DNA of 62,124 nt, the filler included. It is 4 parts of 4 records of this genome, joined end to end, with 100 filler letters (N's around TTAATTAATTAA, not from the genome) between each part and the next. Parts side by side here need not be neighbours in the genome. Positions count along the whole stretch, not along the records: positions 18,382 to 31,185 come from DRR723986_9739; positions 31,286 to 54,888 come from DRR723986_9745; 2 more parts are not named here. One strand, given 5' to 3'. The translations under genes and the position numbers were made by a program. This document shows positions 20,096-31,287 of this stretch, piece after piece. Below the pieces are notes generated by a model. The model did no database searches. It saw only the letters and a program-made list of their open reading frames with translations, and was not told the origin of the DNA. Within the stretch, counting starts at the first letter, position 1. Each line of letters begins with the position of its first letter.

Positions 20096-21834
20096 GGCAG
20101 GCGCCCGAAGACGCGGGCCACGGCGCCGTCCAGATCGAGGTCGCGGGTCAGCAGCATGGCGCGGGCGGACAGGGCGTCGCGCAGGGTGGGCGTATCGGCG
20201 CAGACCTCGTCGAAGAAGGCGCGCAGGGCGTCCTCTCCATCCTCGGCGAGAAAGCGCAGAAGCTCTGCCTGACCCAGTTCGGGGCGGTCGGCGCGGGCGC
20301 GGTACGACCCCTTTTCCTGACGGAATTTCAGGTGGTTGCGGAAATGCTCCCAGGATGGCGCGTGCAGGTGGGCAAGGTAGAGCCCGGCGGGCTTGAAGCG
20401 GTTGGTGGCATCCTCGCCCAAGTGCTTCAGCGCGTGGATTCCCAGCCGCGTGTCGGGGATGCCGGTGCGGGCGAAGACCTTGCCCGAGGTGTGGGAGAGG
20501 AAGCCGCCGTAGAGGTGCAGCCCGAAGGTCGGGTAGATGTCCTGCAGCACGGCCTTCTTCACGCCGGCCTGCTTGTGGGTCAGCTTGAAGTGGCGCGGAT
20601 CGCCCTCGGCGGGGGCCAGCGCCTCGGCCGGCGGCAGGCGCGTGACGGCCGTTCCGGGCGGGACGGAGGCGAGGGTTTCCGGGATCGGACGGTCGGTCAG
20701 GATGAACTCGTCCACGTCGATATGGCCCAGCCAGTCGAGGTCTCCGGCGGTGGCGCGCAGGCTTCGCGTGGCATTGTGGGCCTGCCGCAGCTGATGGGCG
20801 TCCGACCGCTTCTTTCCGGTGCTTTCCCAATAGCTTGCGTCGCATTGTGTCACCACCACGCGAGGGTCTTGCGTCAGGTATCGGGCGGCGGCCTCATCCG
20901 GCTCGTCGAAGTAGAGATGCAGCGCATGGGCGCCGAGGTCGAGGTGGTAGGCCGCGAAGCGCGCGATGCGGTCGAGCGGTGCCTTGATGGTCGAGACAAG
21001 GCCCCACCGCAGCGTCCGCGGGTCCAGCGGCGCGGCCGGGACGGGGGCGATGTTGGACTTGCGCGGCTTGGCGGCGGGGTCGTCCTTTTCGCGCCGCGTC
21101 TTGCGCTGGCTCATGACCCGCAGGCGCCGGAACAGCGTGTTGGGGTCGTGGATCAGCCTGTCGAGCAGGTGATGCGCGAGGGGCTGGATGACCGCGTCGC
21201 CCTCGGCCTCTTGCCACAGACGGCCCAGAAGATTGACGTCGAGCCCGCCGTTCACCAGCGAATAGCTGTTCATCTCCATCGGCAGGGTGCCGCGAATTTT
21301 TCCATCGAGAACAAAGGCTTTGTCCGACGGGGTGCCGGAATAGAGCCGCTCCGTCTCGTAGAGTTTCATCATCCCGAAGAGCACGGTCAGCGCCAGCCCG
21401 ACAGAGCGCTGCACGGGGGTGGTGCCGTGATCCCCGAAGGTGGTGACAGAGGAGACCAGCCAGCGCGGGTCGAGCTCTGCCAGCAGATGCGCGCCCTGTT
21501 CGGCCCAGAGACGCTGGAACAGCACGGCGGCCTCGGGCGGGGCGCTGCGTTTGCGCAGGTGCGAGATCAGAAGCGCGTTGAGGGCGCAGAGATCCGAGGC
21601 GCCGGTCAGCTCTTCGCGGATCTGGAAGGTCTTGCGATGAAAGGCAGATTCGAACGGGGGCGCGTAGCGCGGGTCGTCCATGGGCGGGGTGATGCGGCTT
21701 AATGTGAGCGGAACAAGGTCGAGGTCGGCGGGGGGCAGGCCCTCGCCCTCGCGGTGGGCAAAGGGCTCGCGGCGGCCTTCGTACTGGGCGATGACGGCGT
21801 CCATGCCGCCCTTGTAGACCGGGGTTCTGCTCAT
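20092..21834 (-). CDS. Glycosyltransferase (family 2-like) with a large extra N-terminal domain
   Basis: The C-terminal half is a clear paralogue of the downstream gene (WGLVSTIKAP, HIDVDEF, SHTSGKVF). Confidence 0.75.
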   Translation of the reverse strand: MSRTPVYKGGMDAVIAQYEGRREPFAHREGEGLPPADLDLVPLTLSRITPPMDDPRYAPPFESAFHRKTFQIREELTGASDLCALNALLISHLRKRSAPPEAAVLFQRLWAEQGAHLLAELDPRWLVSSVTTFGDHGTTPVQRSVGLALTVLFGMMKLYETERLYSGTPSDKAFVLDGKIRGTLPMEMNSYSLVNGGLDVNLLGRLWQEAEGDAVIQPLAHHLLDRLIHDPNTLFRRLRVMSQRKTRREKDDPAAKPRKSNIAPVPAAPLDPRTLRWGLVSTIKAPLDRIARFAAYHLDLGAHALHLYFDEPDEAAARYLTQDPRVVVTQCDASYWESTGKKRSDAHQLRQAHNATRSLRATAGDLDWLGHIDVDEFILTDRPIPETLASVPPGTAVTRLPPAEALAPAEGDPRHFKLTHKQAGVKKAVLQDIYPTFGLHLYGGFLSHTSGKVFARTGIPDTRLGIHALKHLGEDATNRFKPAGLYLAHLHAPSWEHFRNHLKFRQEKGSYRARADRPELGQAELLRFLAEDGEDALRAFFDEVCADTPTLRDALSARAMLLTRDLDLDGAVARVFGRLP

Positions 21835-21997
21835 GCCCGCATGATTGGCCAAGCCCGCGCGCCGGGGCAAGCGGGCATTTCCTCGAAAGGGCGCTGCGCG
21901 CGCAGGCTGTCTCGTCGGGTGGCCTGCGGCCTTCTCCTCGGGTTGGCGCCTGCGGGGCCGTCGTGGGCCTTTTCAAACGCGGCGGGGTTTGCCATGA

Positions 21998-23131
<1,134 letters not shown>

Positions 23132-23522
23132 CGGTTAACAGGGTGTCGGCGCGGCCGATCCTTGCAGCAGCGCGCGCTGGGGTTAAGGCGCCGAACGGTC
23201 CGCCGCGCGCTAGCCCTTGTGGGTGAGGGCTTGCGGGACCACCACGGGTTAACGGCGGTTAACGGTTTTTCGCGATCGTTCAGGCGCGAACCGGCCGGGT
23301 TTCGGGTGAGTCCCGGCCGGTTCGGCCCGTGATTCTCTTGTCGCCGCGGATTTGGCCCGTTGCGCGAATTTTCTTTTCTTAACCTCTCGGGCGGGGCGCC
23401 CCTTGGCCGACGTTGGATTCGGTATTTGGGCCAAGAAGAAGAGGGGGTGTGGCCTGTGGTTTCGAGCGCGGGGTCTGCCTCGGGCCTTCGTGTTTCGGCA
23501 GAGAAGACGCTCCGGGGGGGCT

Positions 23523-24335
23523 TCAGGCCAGAAGGGTCGCGAGGGTCTGCCGGAGGAGGGCCATGCCGCCGGGTCGCCAGCCGAGGTCGGCGAGGCGGGC
23601 GCAGCGAAGTTGGCTGACCGGTGTGTCGGCCTTCGCCGGCAGCGGGTGCGGGCAGGCGGTGAGGCGGCGGACCTCGGCCAGCAGGTCGTGCCGGTCGAGC
23701 AGCATGTCGGAGAGGTGCACCGGGCCGGGGGTGGTTTGCGTCAGCAGCAGGCGGACGGCCTGCGCGAGGTCGGCGGTGTGGACCTCGGTGGCGCGGCGGG
23801 GCGCGATGGGTTTTCCCGCGCGGTAGTCGGCGAAGAGGTCCTGCCATTTATGCGCGCGGCCCGGGCCGTAGAACCCGGTAGCGCGCAGGCTCAGGCCGAT
23901 GAGCGGGAGGGTCGCGAGGTGGGACTCTGCCGCCCGCTTGGCCTGACCGTAGAAACTTTGCGGCTGCGGCGCGCGGGTTTCCGGCAGGTCGGTGCCGGGG
24001 GGCAGCCCGTCGAAGACCGCGCGGGAGGAGAGGAAGATCACGCGGCGCACCCCTTGGTGCGCGGCGGCGTCGAAGAGTCGTTTCGTGCCGTCGAGATTGG
24101 CGGCGAGGAAGCCCTGCGGGTCCGCGCCCTCGCCGCCGCGGTACTTGCCGGGCAGGTGGGAGAAGGCGGCGTGGAGCAGCGTCTCGACGCCGGACAGGTC
24201 CGGCGCGGGGCCGGTGAGGTCGAAGGGGCGGTGCGGCTTGCCCGGCACGGCGCGACGGCCCAGCGTGAGGTCCGCGAGCGGGGTCAGGGCCTCTCCGGCG
24301 ATGCCGGTGGCGCCGGTGAGGGCGATGAGGCTCAT
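23523..24335 (-). CDS. sqdC: NAD-dependent epimerase/dehydratase, sulfolipid biosynthesis protein
   Basis: TGATG and YxxxK (YGQAK) motifs; third gene of the sqdB-sqdD operon. Confidence 0.75.
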   Translation of the reverse strand: MSLIALTGATGIAGEALTPLADLTLGRRAVPGKPHRPFDLTGPAPDLSGVETLLHAAFSHLPGKYRGGEGADPQGFLAANLDGTKRLFDAAAHQGVRRVIFLSSRAVFDGLPPGTDLPETRAPQPQSFYGQAKRAAESHLATLPLIGLSLRATGFYGPGRAHKWQDLFADYRAGKPIAPRRATEVHTADLAQAVRLLLTQTTPGPVHLSDMLLDRHDLLAEVRRLTACPHPLPAKADTPVSQLRCARLADLGWRPGGMALLRQTLATLLA

Positions 24336-25126
24336 GCCGGGTCCTGCAGGGTCGTCAGGTCCGGCGTCCGGCCGGCGGCATAGGCGTGCCAGAGGTCGAT
24401 CAGCGGCTGCAGCCGGTCGCGTTTCGCGTGGTCCTGCCAGGGCTTTTCGTATTGGTAGTGGATGACCTTGACCGAGGGCCAGTGCCAGAGCCCGGGCAGG
24501 TTGAACCAGACGTATTGCAGCATGTTGTAAGTCACCGGCAGGCCGTGCCAGTCCGGGAAATGGCTTTCGAGGAAGGTCTGGTCGGTGCGTTTCCAGTAGG
24601 CGCCGGGGGCGTCGAGGCGCTGCATCATGGCCTCGAAGGTCCGGGTCGAGGGGCGGGCGGTGAAGACGCCGGAGTTCAGGCGGTGGAAGTCGGAGAGCCC
24701 CCCGTAGAGATTGGGGGCGGCGCAGAACTCGGGGTAGTCGAAGAGCGCGTCGATGTTGCGGATCGCCAGCGTGTCGGCGTCGAGGAAGACGACGCGGTCG
24801 TAGGGCAACTGCCAGAGGCGGAGCTTGCAGAAGTTGTCGAGCGGCGTGTGGAAGGCGGGTTTTTCGCCTTTCGTGAAGGGGTTGCGGCCGTGGATCCGGT
24901 CCTTGGCATGGGCCGCGACGAAGGCGTCTGAGACCGGCAGCGGGTCGACGTATACAAGCTGTGCACCAAGCGCCCGAAGGGGGGCGAGGTCGTCGTCCTG
25001 CACACCGCCTGTATGCAGGACGACGCGGTCCGCCGTGGTGCCGGTGGTCGCCAGCGCGTGGAGCAGCGCCCTTGCCCCCAGCGCGAAGTCCGCGTTGGTG
25101 ACAAGGGTGACATAGGCGTTTCTCAT
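24332..25126 (-). CDS. sqdD: GT8 glycosyltransferase, sulfolipid biosynthesis
   Basis: Start at MRNAYVTLV; motifs KLRLW, FLDADT, NSGVF and DQTFL; coupled to sqdB. Confidence 0.85.
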   Translation of the reverse strand: MRNAYVTLVTNADFALGARALLHALATTGTTADRVVLHTGGVQDDDLAPLRALGAQLVYVDPLPVSDAFVAAHAKDRIHGRNPFTKGEKPAFHTPLDNFCKLRLWQLPYDRVVFLDADTLAIRNIDALFDYPEFCAAPNLYGGLSDFHRLNSGVFTARPSTRTFEAMMQRLDAPGAYWKRTDQTFLESHFPDWHGLPVTYNMLQYVWFNLPGLWHWPSVKVIHYQYEKPWQDHAKRDRLQPLIDLWHAYAAGRTPDLTTLQDPA

Positions 25127-26340
25127 GAGACGGCGCGGAGGGCCTTGCCTTCGGGATCGTGCTCCACCGTCTTGGCGATGTCCTTTGTCCAAGCCGAGAC
25201 GGCGGGCACGCGCGAGCGGTCGATGCGGTGGGCGTATTTCCTCGCCACGTCGACGACTTCGGAGAGCAGCCCTTCGGCGAGGGTGGTCGGGTTCAGGCCC
25301 AGCGCGAGGAACTGGTCGTTGTTCACGATCAGGTCGTTCTCGGGCGCTTCCTTGCGGGGGTTCGGCAGGTTGCGGACCTCGGCCCCGGTCAGCCCGGCCA
25401 CGAGCGCTGCGAGGTCGCGGACGCGGTGGGTTTCGGTCATCTGGTTGAAGATCTTCACCCGGTCGCCGTGTTGCGGCGCGTCGCCGAGCGCCAGTTCGAT
25501 GCAGCGCACCGAATCCTGGATGTGGATGAAGGCCCGCGTCTGCCCGCCGGTGCCGTGCACGGTCAGCGGGTAGCCGATGGCGGCCTGGATGAGGAAGCGG
25601 TTCAGCACCGTGCCGTAGTCGCCGTCGTAGTCGAAGCGGTTGATGAGCTGCTCGTGCCGGCGGGTCTGGTCGGTGTGGGTGCCCCAGACGATGCCCTGAT
25701 GCAGGTCGGTGATCCTGAGCCCGTCGTTCTGGGCGTAGAACTGGAAGAGGATCTGATCGAGCGACTTGGTCATGTGGTAGACCGAGCCGGGCTTGGTCGG
25801 ATAGAGGATCTGTTGCTCTTTCGGGCCGGTGGGCGTGTCGATCTGCACGTCGAGGTAGCCCTCGGGGATCGGCGCGCCGACCGAGGAATAGCCGTAGACG
25901 CCCATGGTGCCGAGATGGATCAGATGCGCCTCGGGCGCGGCCTCGACCATGGCGGCCAGCAGGTTGTGCGTGGCGTTGGTGTTGTTGTTGACCGTGTAGA
26001 CCTTGTGGCGGTCGGTCTTCATCGAATAGGGCGCGGCGCGCTGCTCGGCGAAGTGGATGATCGCATCGGGCGCGTGCTCGGTGAGCCAGGCCTTCAGGCG
26101 TTCGTATTCCTTGGCGAGGTCGAGCAGGTGGAAGCGGATGGTCTCTCCGGAGGTCTGTTTCCAGATGCGGCAGCGTTCCTGGATCGAATCCATCGGCGTG
26201 AGGGACTGGACGCCGAGTTCGGTGTCGATCCAGCGGCGCGAGAGGTTGTCGAGGATGTGGACCTCGTGGCCCGCGTTCGAGAGGTGGAGGGCGGTGGGCC
26301 AGCCGACGAAGCCGTCTCCGCCGAGGATCGCGATGCGCAT
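25123..26340 (-). CDS. sqdB: UDP-sulfoquinovose synthase
   Basis: Motifs MRIAILGGDGFVGW, AEQRAAPYSM, HLGTMGVYG, YHMTK and TDLHQGIVWG. Confidence 0.95.
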   Translation of the reverse strand: MRIAILGGDGFVGWPTALHLSNAGHEVHILDNLSRRWIDTELGVQSLTPMDSIQERCRIWKQTSGETIRFHLLDLAKEYERLKAWLTEHAPDAIIHFAEQRAAPYSMKTDRHKVYTVNNNTNATHNLLAAMVEAAPEAHLIHLGTMGVYGYSSVGAPIPEGYLDVQIDTPTGPKEQQILYPTKPGSVYHMTKSLDQILFQFYAQNDGLRITDLHQGIVWGTHTDQTRRHEQLINRFDYDGDYGTVLNRFLIQAAIGYPLTVHGTGGQTRAFIHIQDSVRCIELALGDAPQHGDRVKIFNQMTETHRVRDLAALVAGLTGAEVRNLPNPRKEAPENDLIVNNDQFLALGLNPTTLAEGLLSEVVDVARKYAHRIDRSRVPAVSAWTKDIAKTVEHDPEGKALRAVS

Positions 26341-26525
26341 GAGGGGGGTCCTGTCCTGAACTGTCTCTTGTGTAGCGCGGTAGGCGCTTTCTGGTTCCCT
26401 GTACAATGAAGGTTTTGCGAAGATTGATACAGGGGGTTTTGAGGGGGTTGGCGAAGTTTGTCTTATAAGTCGCGGTGTCGTGGCGGATTGATACATCATT
26501 GGTTTTCGTTCGCGGCTCGGGGGCG

Positions 26526-26820
26526 GGCAAATCCCGTGGACGGGATTTGCCAATTCCATGGATGGAATTGGCCGCGCGAAGCTTCGGGAGGGGGCCTCAG
26601 GGTTTATGCGTGACCTTGCCACGGGCGTGCATCCCGTGGACGGGATGCGTCAATTCCATGGATGGAATTGGGGGCGTGGCGCGGGGGCGGTTCTTTGAGG
26701 CGTGCATCCCGTGGACGGGATGCGCCAATTCCATGGATGGAATTGGGGCGTGGCGCGGGGGCGGTTCCTTGGGGCGTGCATCCTGTGAATGGGATGCGTC
26801 AAGTCCATGGATGGACTTGG
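26526..26820. repeat. Cluster of four double-hairpin REP-like units (consensus GCATCCCGTGGACGGGATGCGyCAATTCCATGGATGGAATTG)
   Basis: Units start near 26526, 26629, 26704 and 26778. Each has two adjacent palindromes centred on TGGA; the first hairpin of unit 4 is degenerate. Confidence 0.9.
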
Positions 26821-26821
26821 A

Positions 26822-27052
26822 TCAGCGCAGGATGCGGACAGGCTCCGCGTTGCAGAAGATCACGGTCTGGCCGCCGTTCTGCACGGCCCGGAAGCCGCGC
26901 CGGTCCAGTTCCATCAGGAAGCGGTCGCGGCCCACGATGCGCTCGATGTCCCGGGTCTTGCGGCGGATCACGCCACCCTCAGACACCGCGCGGGCGGAGA
27001 AGACCGTGCGCAGCCAGTCGTCGGGACGGATATGATCGGGAACACCTGCCAT
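26822..27052 (-). CDS. Small conserved Rhodobacteraceae protein of unknown function
   Basis: WLRTVFSARAVSEGGVIRRKTRDIERIVG...VIFCN. From memory this family is often auto-labelled as phosphoribosylanthranilate isomerase, but it is far too short to be a TrpF barrel. Confidence 0.7.
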   Translation of the reverse strand: MAGVPDHIRPDDWLRTVFSARAVSEGGVIRRKTRDIERIVGRDRFLMELDRRGFRAVQNGGQTVIFCNAEPVRILR

Positions 27053-27074
27053 GGCCGATCCTTGGCACAGCATG

Positions 27075-27090
27075 GTTAACCGAGGCTTAA
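27075..27090 (-). promoter_or_regulatory. CtrA-binding box TTAA-N7-TTAAC
   Basis: The minus strand reads TTAA GCCTCGG TTAAC, about 25 nt upstream of the small gene. Confidence 0.65.
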
Positions 27091-27098
27091 TGTCGCTC

Positions 27099-28115
27099 TC
27101 AGCCCTTGCGGCGGCGGCCCCGGCGTTCGCGCTGCGGGCCGTCGTCGTCCCCGGTGCCGTCGTGGTCGGACGAGAAACCGCCCAGGGCCTGTGTGATCTG
27201 GTCCAGCGTCGGGCGAGGGCCCTTGGGCCGCGTCTCCAGCGCCTCGCGCATGGCCCTGAGGTGCACCGGCATGGTGCCGCAGCAGCCGCCGATGATCCGC
27301 GCGCCCGAATCGCGGGCGAGGCAGGCGTAGTCGGCCATCAGGTCCGGCGTGCCGTCGTAGTGGATGTGCCCGTCGACGTATTTCGGGATGCCCGCATTGC
27401 CCTTGGCGATGACCGGGCGTTCCGTGCCCTGCGCGACGAAGCCCAGCACGGTCCGCAGCAGGTCCGGGGCGCCGACGCCGCAGTTGGCGCCGAAGGCGAT
27501 GGGTGGGTTGGGCAGGCCTTCGACCATCTTCACCATGTCGGCGGAGGTCACGCCCATCATCGTGCGCCCGGCGGTGTCGAAGCTCATGGTGCCGCACCAC
27601 GGCGCGCCGACGTTCGCAAAGGCTTCGGCGGCGGCGCGGTATTCCTCGGGGGCCGAGATCGTCTCGACCCAGAGCACGTCCGCGCCGCCGTCCATCAGGC
27701 CCTTCGCGGTCTCTTCGAACATGGCCACCGCGCTTTCGTGCGAGAGGGTGCCGGCGGCGCCCATGATCTCTCCGGTGGGGCCGACGGAGCCTGCGACGAT
27801 CACGCGGCGCCCGGCGGCATCGGCGACCTCGCGGCCCAGTTCGGCGGCCAGCTTCGACAGCTCGTAGGCGCGGTCGGCGGCTTCGTGCAGTTTCAGGCGC
27901 GAGGCATTGGCGCCGAAGGAATTGGTCAGGAACAGGTCGGATCCGGCCTCGACCGCGCCGCGGTAGAGCGCGCGGATCTTGTCGGGCTCCTGCTCGTTCC
28001 AGAACTCGGGCGCGTCACCCGAGGAGAGGCCCATGTTGAACAGGTTGGTGCCGGTGGCGCCATCGGCCAGCAGCCAGTCGCGCGTCGAAAGCAGGTCGGT
28101 CAGTGCGTCGGTCAT
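27099..28115 (-). CDS. bmt: Betaine-homocysteine S-methyltransferase (homocysteine-binding domain)
   Basis: Motifs LADGATGT, GANCG, NAGIP and IIGGCCGT. Confidence 0.85.
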   Translation of the reverse strand: MTDALTDLLSTRDWLLADGATGTNLFNMGLSSGDAPEFWNEQEPDKIRALYRGAVEAGSDLFLTNSFGANASRLKLHEAADRAYELSKLAAELGREVADAAGRRVIVAGSVGPTGEIMGAAGTLSHESAVAMFEETAKGLMDGGADVLWVETISAPEEYRAAAEAFANVGAPWCGTMSFDTAGRTMMGVTSADMVKMVEGLPNPPIAFGANCGVGAPDLLRTVLGFVAQGTERPVIAKGNAGIPKYVDGHIHYDGTPDLMADYACLARDSGARIIGGCCGTMPVHLRAMREALETRPKGPRPTLDQITQALGGFSSDHDGTGDDDGPQRERRGRRRKG

Positions 28116-28186
28116 CGAAAAAAGCCCTTGTCTCCCACGGCGCAGGCGATAGCCCGTCCGGCGCTTCGGTGCAAACCGAATGCGGC

Positions 28187-28492
28187 CTAGGCGGGGTCCT
28201 CGTCCCCATCCTCACCCTCGTCTTCGGCGATCTGGTAGGCGCGGGTCATGCCGGCGGTCAGGCGACCCCAGTCCGAGGCTTCCGTGCGCAGCCGATGCGC
28301 TTCCAGCGCGGGGCGGCCGAGGAAGCGCTCCGCCACGGCGAAGCGCCCCGGATCGGCGGTGCTTTCCACGACGTCGAAGGACAGGCAGCCGGGTTCGGCG
28401 CGGGTCAGGGCGATGTGCTCGGGCAGGGCGGCCCGGACCTCTTCGAGCCTGTCGAGCGGAACGGTCAGGTAGCCTGTCAGGGTCACGGTCAT
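28187..28492 (-). CDS. ABM / putative quinol monooxygenase
   Basis: TRAEPGCLSF...F...E.F...ALEAH pattern. Confidence 0.85.
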   Translation of the reverse strand: MTVTLTGYLTVPLDRLEEVRAALPEHIALTRAEPGCLSFDVVESTADPGRFAVAERFLGRPALEAHRLRTEASDWGRLTAGMTRAYQIAEDEGEDGDEDPA

Positions 28493-28497
28493 GGCGT

Positions 28498-29124
28498 CTA
28501 CTCCAGCACCCAGTCGGGCAGGGCATCGGCCCGCCCCAGCGCGGCCGAGATCCCGTAGGCGCCGCCGCGCAGGATGTTCAGGCCCCAGGCTGCGGTCTCG
28601 CGCAGGCGGTCGCGGGTCCAGTCATAGGCGCCGGTGTCGCCGCGCGGCGCGGCGCAGACCGGAGAGGGGCGGCCCGCCACCAGGAACGAGGCGGCGCCGC
28701 GCAGGGCGTGGTAGGGTTCGGTCACGACGCGGATGGTGGCGTCTTCGGGCAGCATCGGCAAGGAAAACAGCGCATTCTGCAGGGTGGATTGCGACCGGCC
28801 CTCCCACGAAAGGGCGCTTTCCGGGACGCCATGCGCCATGGCGTGGCGGGCCATGGTCTCTGCGATGGTGGTGGTGCCGACGGCGCCGCCGCCGCTGAGG
28901 TGGACCGCCGAGACGAGGCCACGGGTATAGAGCGCGGCGCCCGCCTCGGTGCGGGTCGCGCTGTCGGGGCTGAGCGTGCCGTCCCTGCGGATGCCCGCGC
29001 CCAGCACCAGCGCCACGTCCCGCGCGCCGGACACGGAGGCGCAGGAGGGCACCACCATGGCCGAGCCGAAGCCCAGAGCCGCGCAGAGCAGCCCGTAGGC
29101 CGCCAGCATGCGCAGCAGGATCAT
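28498..29124 (-). CDS. YdcF/DUF218 family protein
   Basis: Motifs [17 protein letters not shown] and VTEPYHALR. Confidence 0.85.
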   Translation of the reverse strand: MILLRMLAAYGLLCAALGFGSAMVVPSCASVSGARDVALVLGAGIRRDGTLSPDSATRTEAGAALYTRGLVSAVHLSGGGAVGTTTIAETMARHAMAHGVPESALSWEGRSQSTLQNALFSLPMLPEDATIRVVTEPYHALRGAASFLVAGRPSPVCAAPRGDTGAYDWTRDRLRETAAWGLNILRGGAYGISAALGRADALPDWVLE

Positions 29125-30683
29125 TCCCACTCGATGGTGCCGGGGGGCTTCGAGGTCACGTCGTAGGTCACGCGGTTGATCCCCTTGACCTCGTTGATGA
29201 TCCGCGTCGCGGTCTCGCCAAGGAAGTCATGGGTGAAGGGGTAGTAATCCGCCGTCATGCCGTCGACGCTGGTGACCGCGCGCAGGGCGCAGGCGTAGTC
29301 GTAGGTGCGCCCGTCGCCCATGACGCCCACGGTGCGGACCGGCAGGATCGCCACGAAGGCCTGCCAGATCTCGTCATAAAGGCCGTGCTTGCGGATCTGG
29401 TCGATGTAGACCGCATCGGCCTTGCGCAGGATCTCGAGCTTTTCGCGGGTGATCTCTCCGGGGCAGCGGATCGCCAGACCCGGACCGGGGAAGGGGTGAC
29501 GCCCGATGAAGCTGGCGGGAAGGCCCAGTTCGTGCCCCAGCGCGCGGACCTCGTCCTTGAAGAGTTCGCGCAGCGGCTCGACCAGTTTGAGGCCCATCTT
29601 CTCGGGCAGGCCGCCGACGTTGTGGTGCGATTTGATCGTCACCGAGGGGCCGCCGGAGAAGCTGACGCTTTCGATCACGTCCGGGTAGAGCGTGCCCTGC
29701 GCAAGGAAGCGCGCGCCCTCGATCCCGTCGGCGTATTTCTGGAAGACGTCGATGAAGAGCTTGCCGATGATCTTGCGCTTGGTCTCCGGGTCCGAGACGC
29801 CGTCGAGCTCACCGAGGAAGAGCTCCTGCTCTTCGGCGTGGATGACGTGCAGGTTCATGTGGTCGCGGAACATGCCCACGACTTCCTCGGCCTCGTTCAG
29901 GCGCAAAAGCCCGTGGTCGACGAAGACGCAGGTCAGCTGGTCGCCCACGGCCTCGTGGATCAGCGCCGCCGCGACGGAGCTGTCGACGCCGCCGGAGAGC
30001 GCGCAGATGACCTTGGCGTCGCCCACCTGTTCGCGGATCTTGGCCACCGCCTCTTCGCGGTAGGCGCCCATGGTCCAGTCGCCCTTGAAGCCCGCCATGC
30101 GCACGAAGTTCTCGTAGAGCGTCTTGCCGTTGGGCGTATGGTGCACCTCGGGGTGGAACTGCACGGCGAAGAAGCGGCGGTCGAGGTCGGCGGTGATGGC
30201 GAAGGGCGCGCCCGGCGAGGTGCCGTAGACGGCGAAGCCCGGCGCGATCTCGGAGACATGGTCGCCGTGGCTCATCCAGACCTGCTCGCGGCCGGAGCCG
30301 TCGAGGAACCAGCCGGTCAGCAGTTCGATGCGGTCCTCGGCGGGGGTGACGTAGGCGCGGCCAAATTCCGAGGTGCCTTCGCCGGCGACGACGCGGCCGC
30401 CGAGATCCTGCATCATGACCTGCTGGCCGTAGCAGATGCCGAGGATCGGCACGCCGAGGTCGTAGACCGCCTGAGGCGGGCGCGGACTGCCCGCGCGCGT
30501 CACGCTGTCGGGGCCGCCCGAGAAGATCACGGCCTTCGGCGCGAACTCGGCGAGAAAGGCGTCGGTGACGTTCTGGTAGGGGTGGATTTCGCAGTAGACG
30601 TTCAATTCACGCAGGCGGCGCGCGATCAGCTGCGTCACCTGAGAGCCGAAGTCGATGATCAAGAGGCGGTCATGCTGGGTCAT
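29121..30683 (-). CDS. guaA: GMP synthase (glutamine-hydrolysing)
   Basis: Motifs [33 protein letters not shown] and KPPGTIEWE. Confidence 0.97.
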   Translation of the reverse strand: MTQHDRLLIIDFGSQVTQLIARRLRELNVYCEIHPYQNVTDAFLAEFAPKAVIFSGGPDSVTRAGSPRPPQAVYDLGVPILGICYGQQVMMQDLGGRVVAGEGTSEFGRAYVTPAEDRIELLTGWFLDGSGREQVWMSHGDHVSEIAPGFAVYGTSPGAPFAITADLDRRFFAVQFHPEVHHTPNGKTLYENFVRMAGFKGDWTMGAYREEAVAKIREQVGDAKVICALSGGVDSSVAAALIHEAVGDQLTCVFVDHGLLRLNEAEEVVGMFRDHMNLHVIHAEEQELFLGELDGVSDPETKRKIIGKLFIDVFQKYADGIEGARFLAQGTLYPDVIESVSFSGGPSVTIKSHHNVGGLPEKMGLKLVEPLRELFKDEVRALGHELGLPASFIGRHPFPGPGLAIRCPGEITREKLEILRKADAVYIDQIRKHGLYDEIWQAFVAILPVRTVGVMGDGRTYDYACALRAVTSVDGMTADYYPFTHDFLGETATRIINEVKGINRVTYDVTSKPPGTIEWE

Positions 30684-30817
30684 GACAGCCGAATAGGCGC
30701 AGCCGACGCCCTGCGCAAGAGGCGGCTTCGCCGGAACCGGCGGTCGGCGAGGCCCGGCGCCGGGCGGTGCCCGGTGCATGGGCGGGGACCGGCGGCGATC
30801 CGTGCCTGTGGTGCGGG

Positions 30818-31081
30818 TCAGCGCGAAGGTGCAGCGGTCCGCTCTGCCAGGGCATCGGCCTTGCGCTGCGCCTCGACCTCGCGGCGGACGGCCCGGTCGT
30901 GTTGGCGCCGGCGGTGGCTGACGTACAAGCCGCCGATCAGCCAGATCAGGACGCAGGCGGCGATGGAAAGGCCGAAGATGAAGGCTCCGGTGAGAAAGCC
31001 CATGATGACGACGGCGATCCCGGCGGCGAGGACCGCGTACATCGCCCATTTGCTGGCCGGTTTCTTGTAGAAGGCTGTCAT
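30818..31081 (-). CDS. Small two-TM membrane protein
   Basis: AAAGGAG RBS and two hydrophobic segments. Confidence 0.6.
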   Translation of the reverse strand: MTAFYKKPASKWAMYAVLAAGIAVVIMGFLTGAFIFGLSIAACVLIWLIGGLYVSHRRRQHDRAVRREVEAQRKADALAERTAAPSR

Positions 31082-31156
31082 GGTCGGGTCTCCTTTCAGG
31101 CAGAACACGGGCGGCGGGGCGCCGGTTCCATGGGCGCCTCGGGGCGGAGGGGGCGG

Positions 31157-31185
31157 GCATCCCGTGGACGGGATGCGTCAAATCC
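31157..31185. repeat. Further copy of the double-hairpin repeat, cut by the contig end
   Basis: GCATCCCGTGGACGGGATGCGTCAAATCC followed by the N-run. Confidence 0.85.
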
Positions 31186-31285
31186 NNNNNNNNNNNNNNN
31201 NNNNNNNNNNNNNNNNNNNNNNNNNNNNNTTAATTAATTAANNNNNNNNNNNNNNNNNNNNNNNNNNNNNNNNNNNNNNNNNNNN
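31186..31285. other. Artificial contig linker
   Basis: N-run, TTAATTAATTAA, N-run. Confidence 0.98.
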
Positions 31286-31287
31286 AG

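Noticed and set aside
26526-26820. Possible CRISPR array
   Set aside because: The sequences between units 2-3 and 3-4 are nearly identical rather than unique spacers, a dispersed copy exists at 31157, and no cas genes are present.
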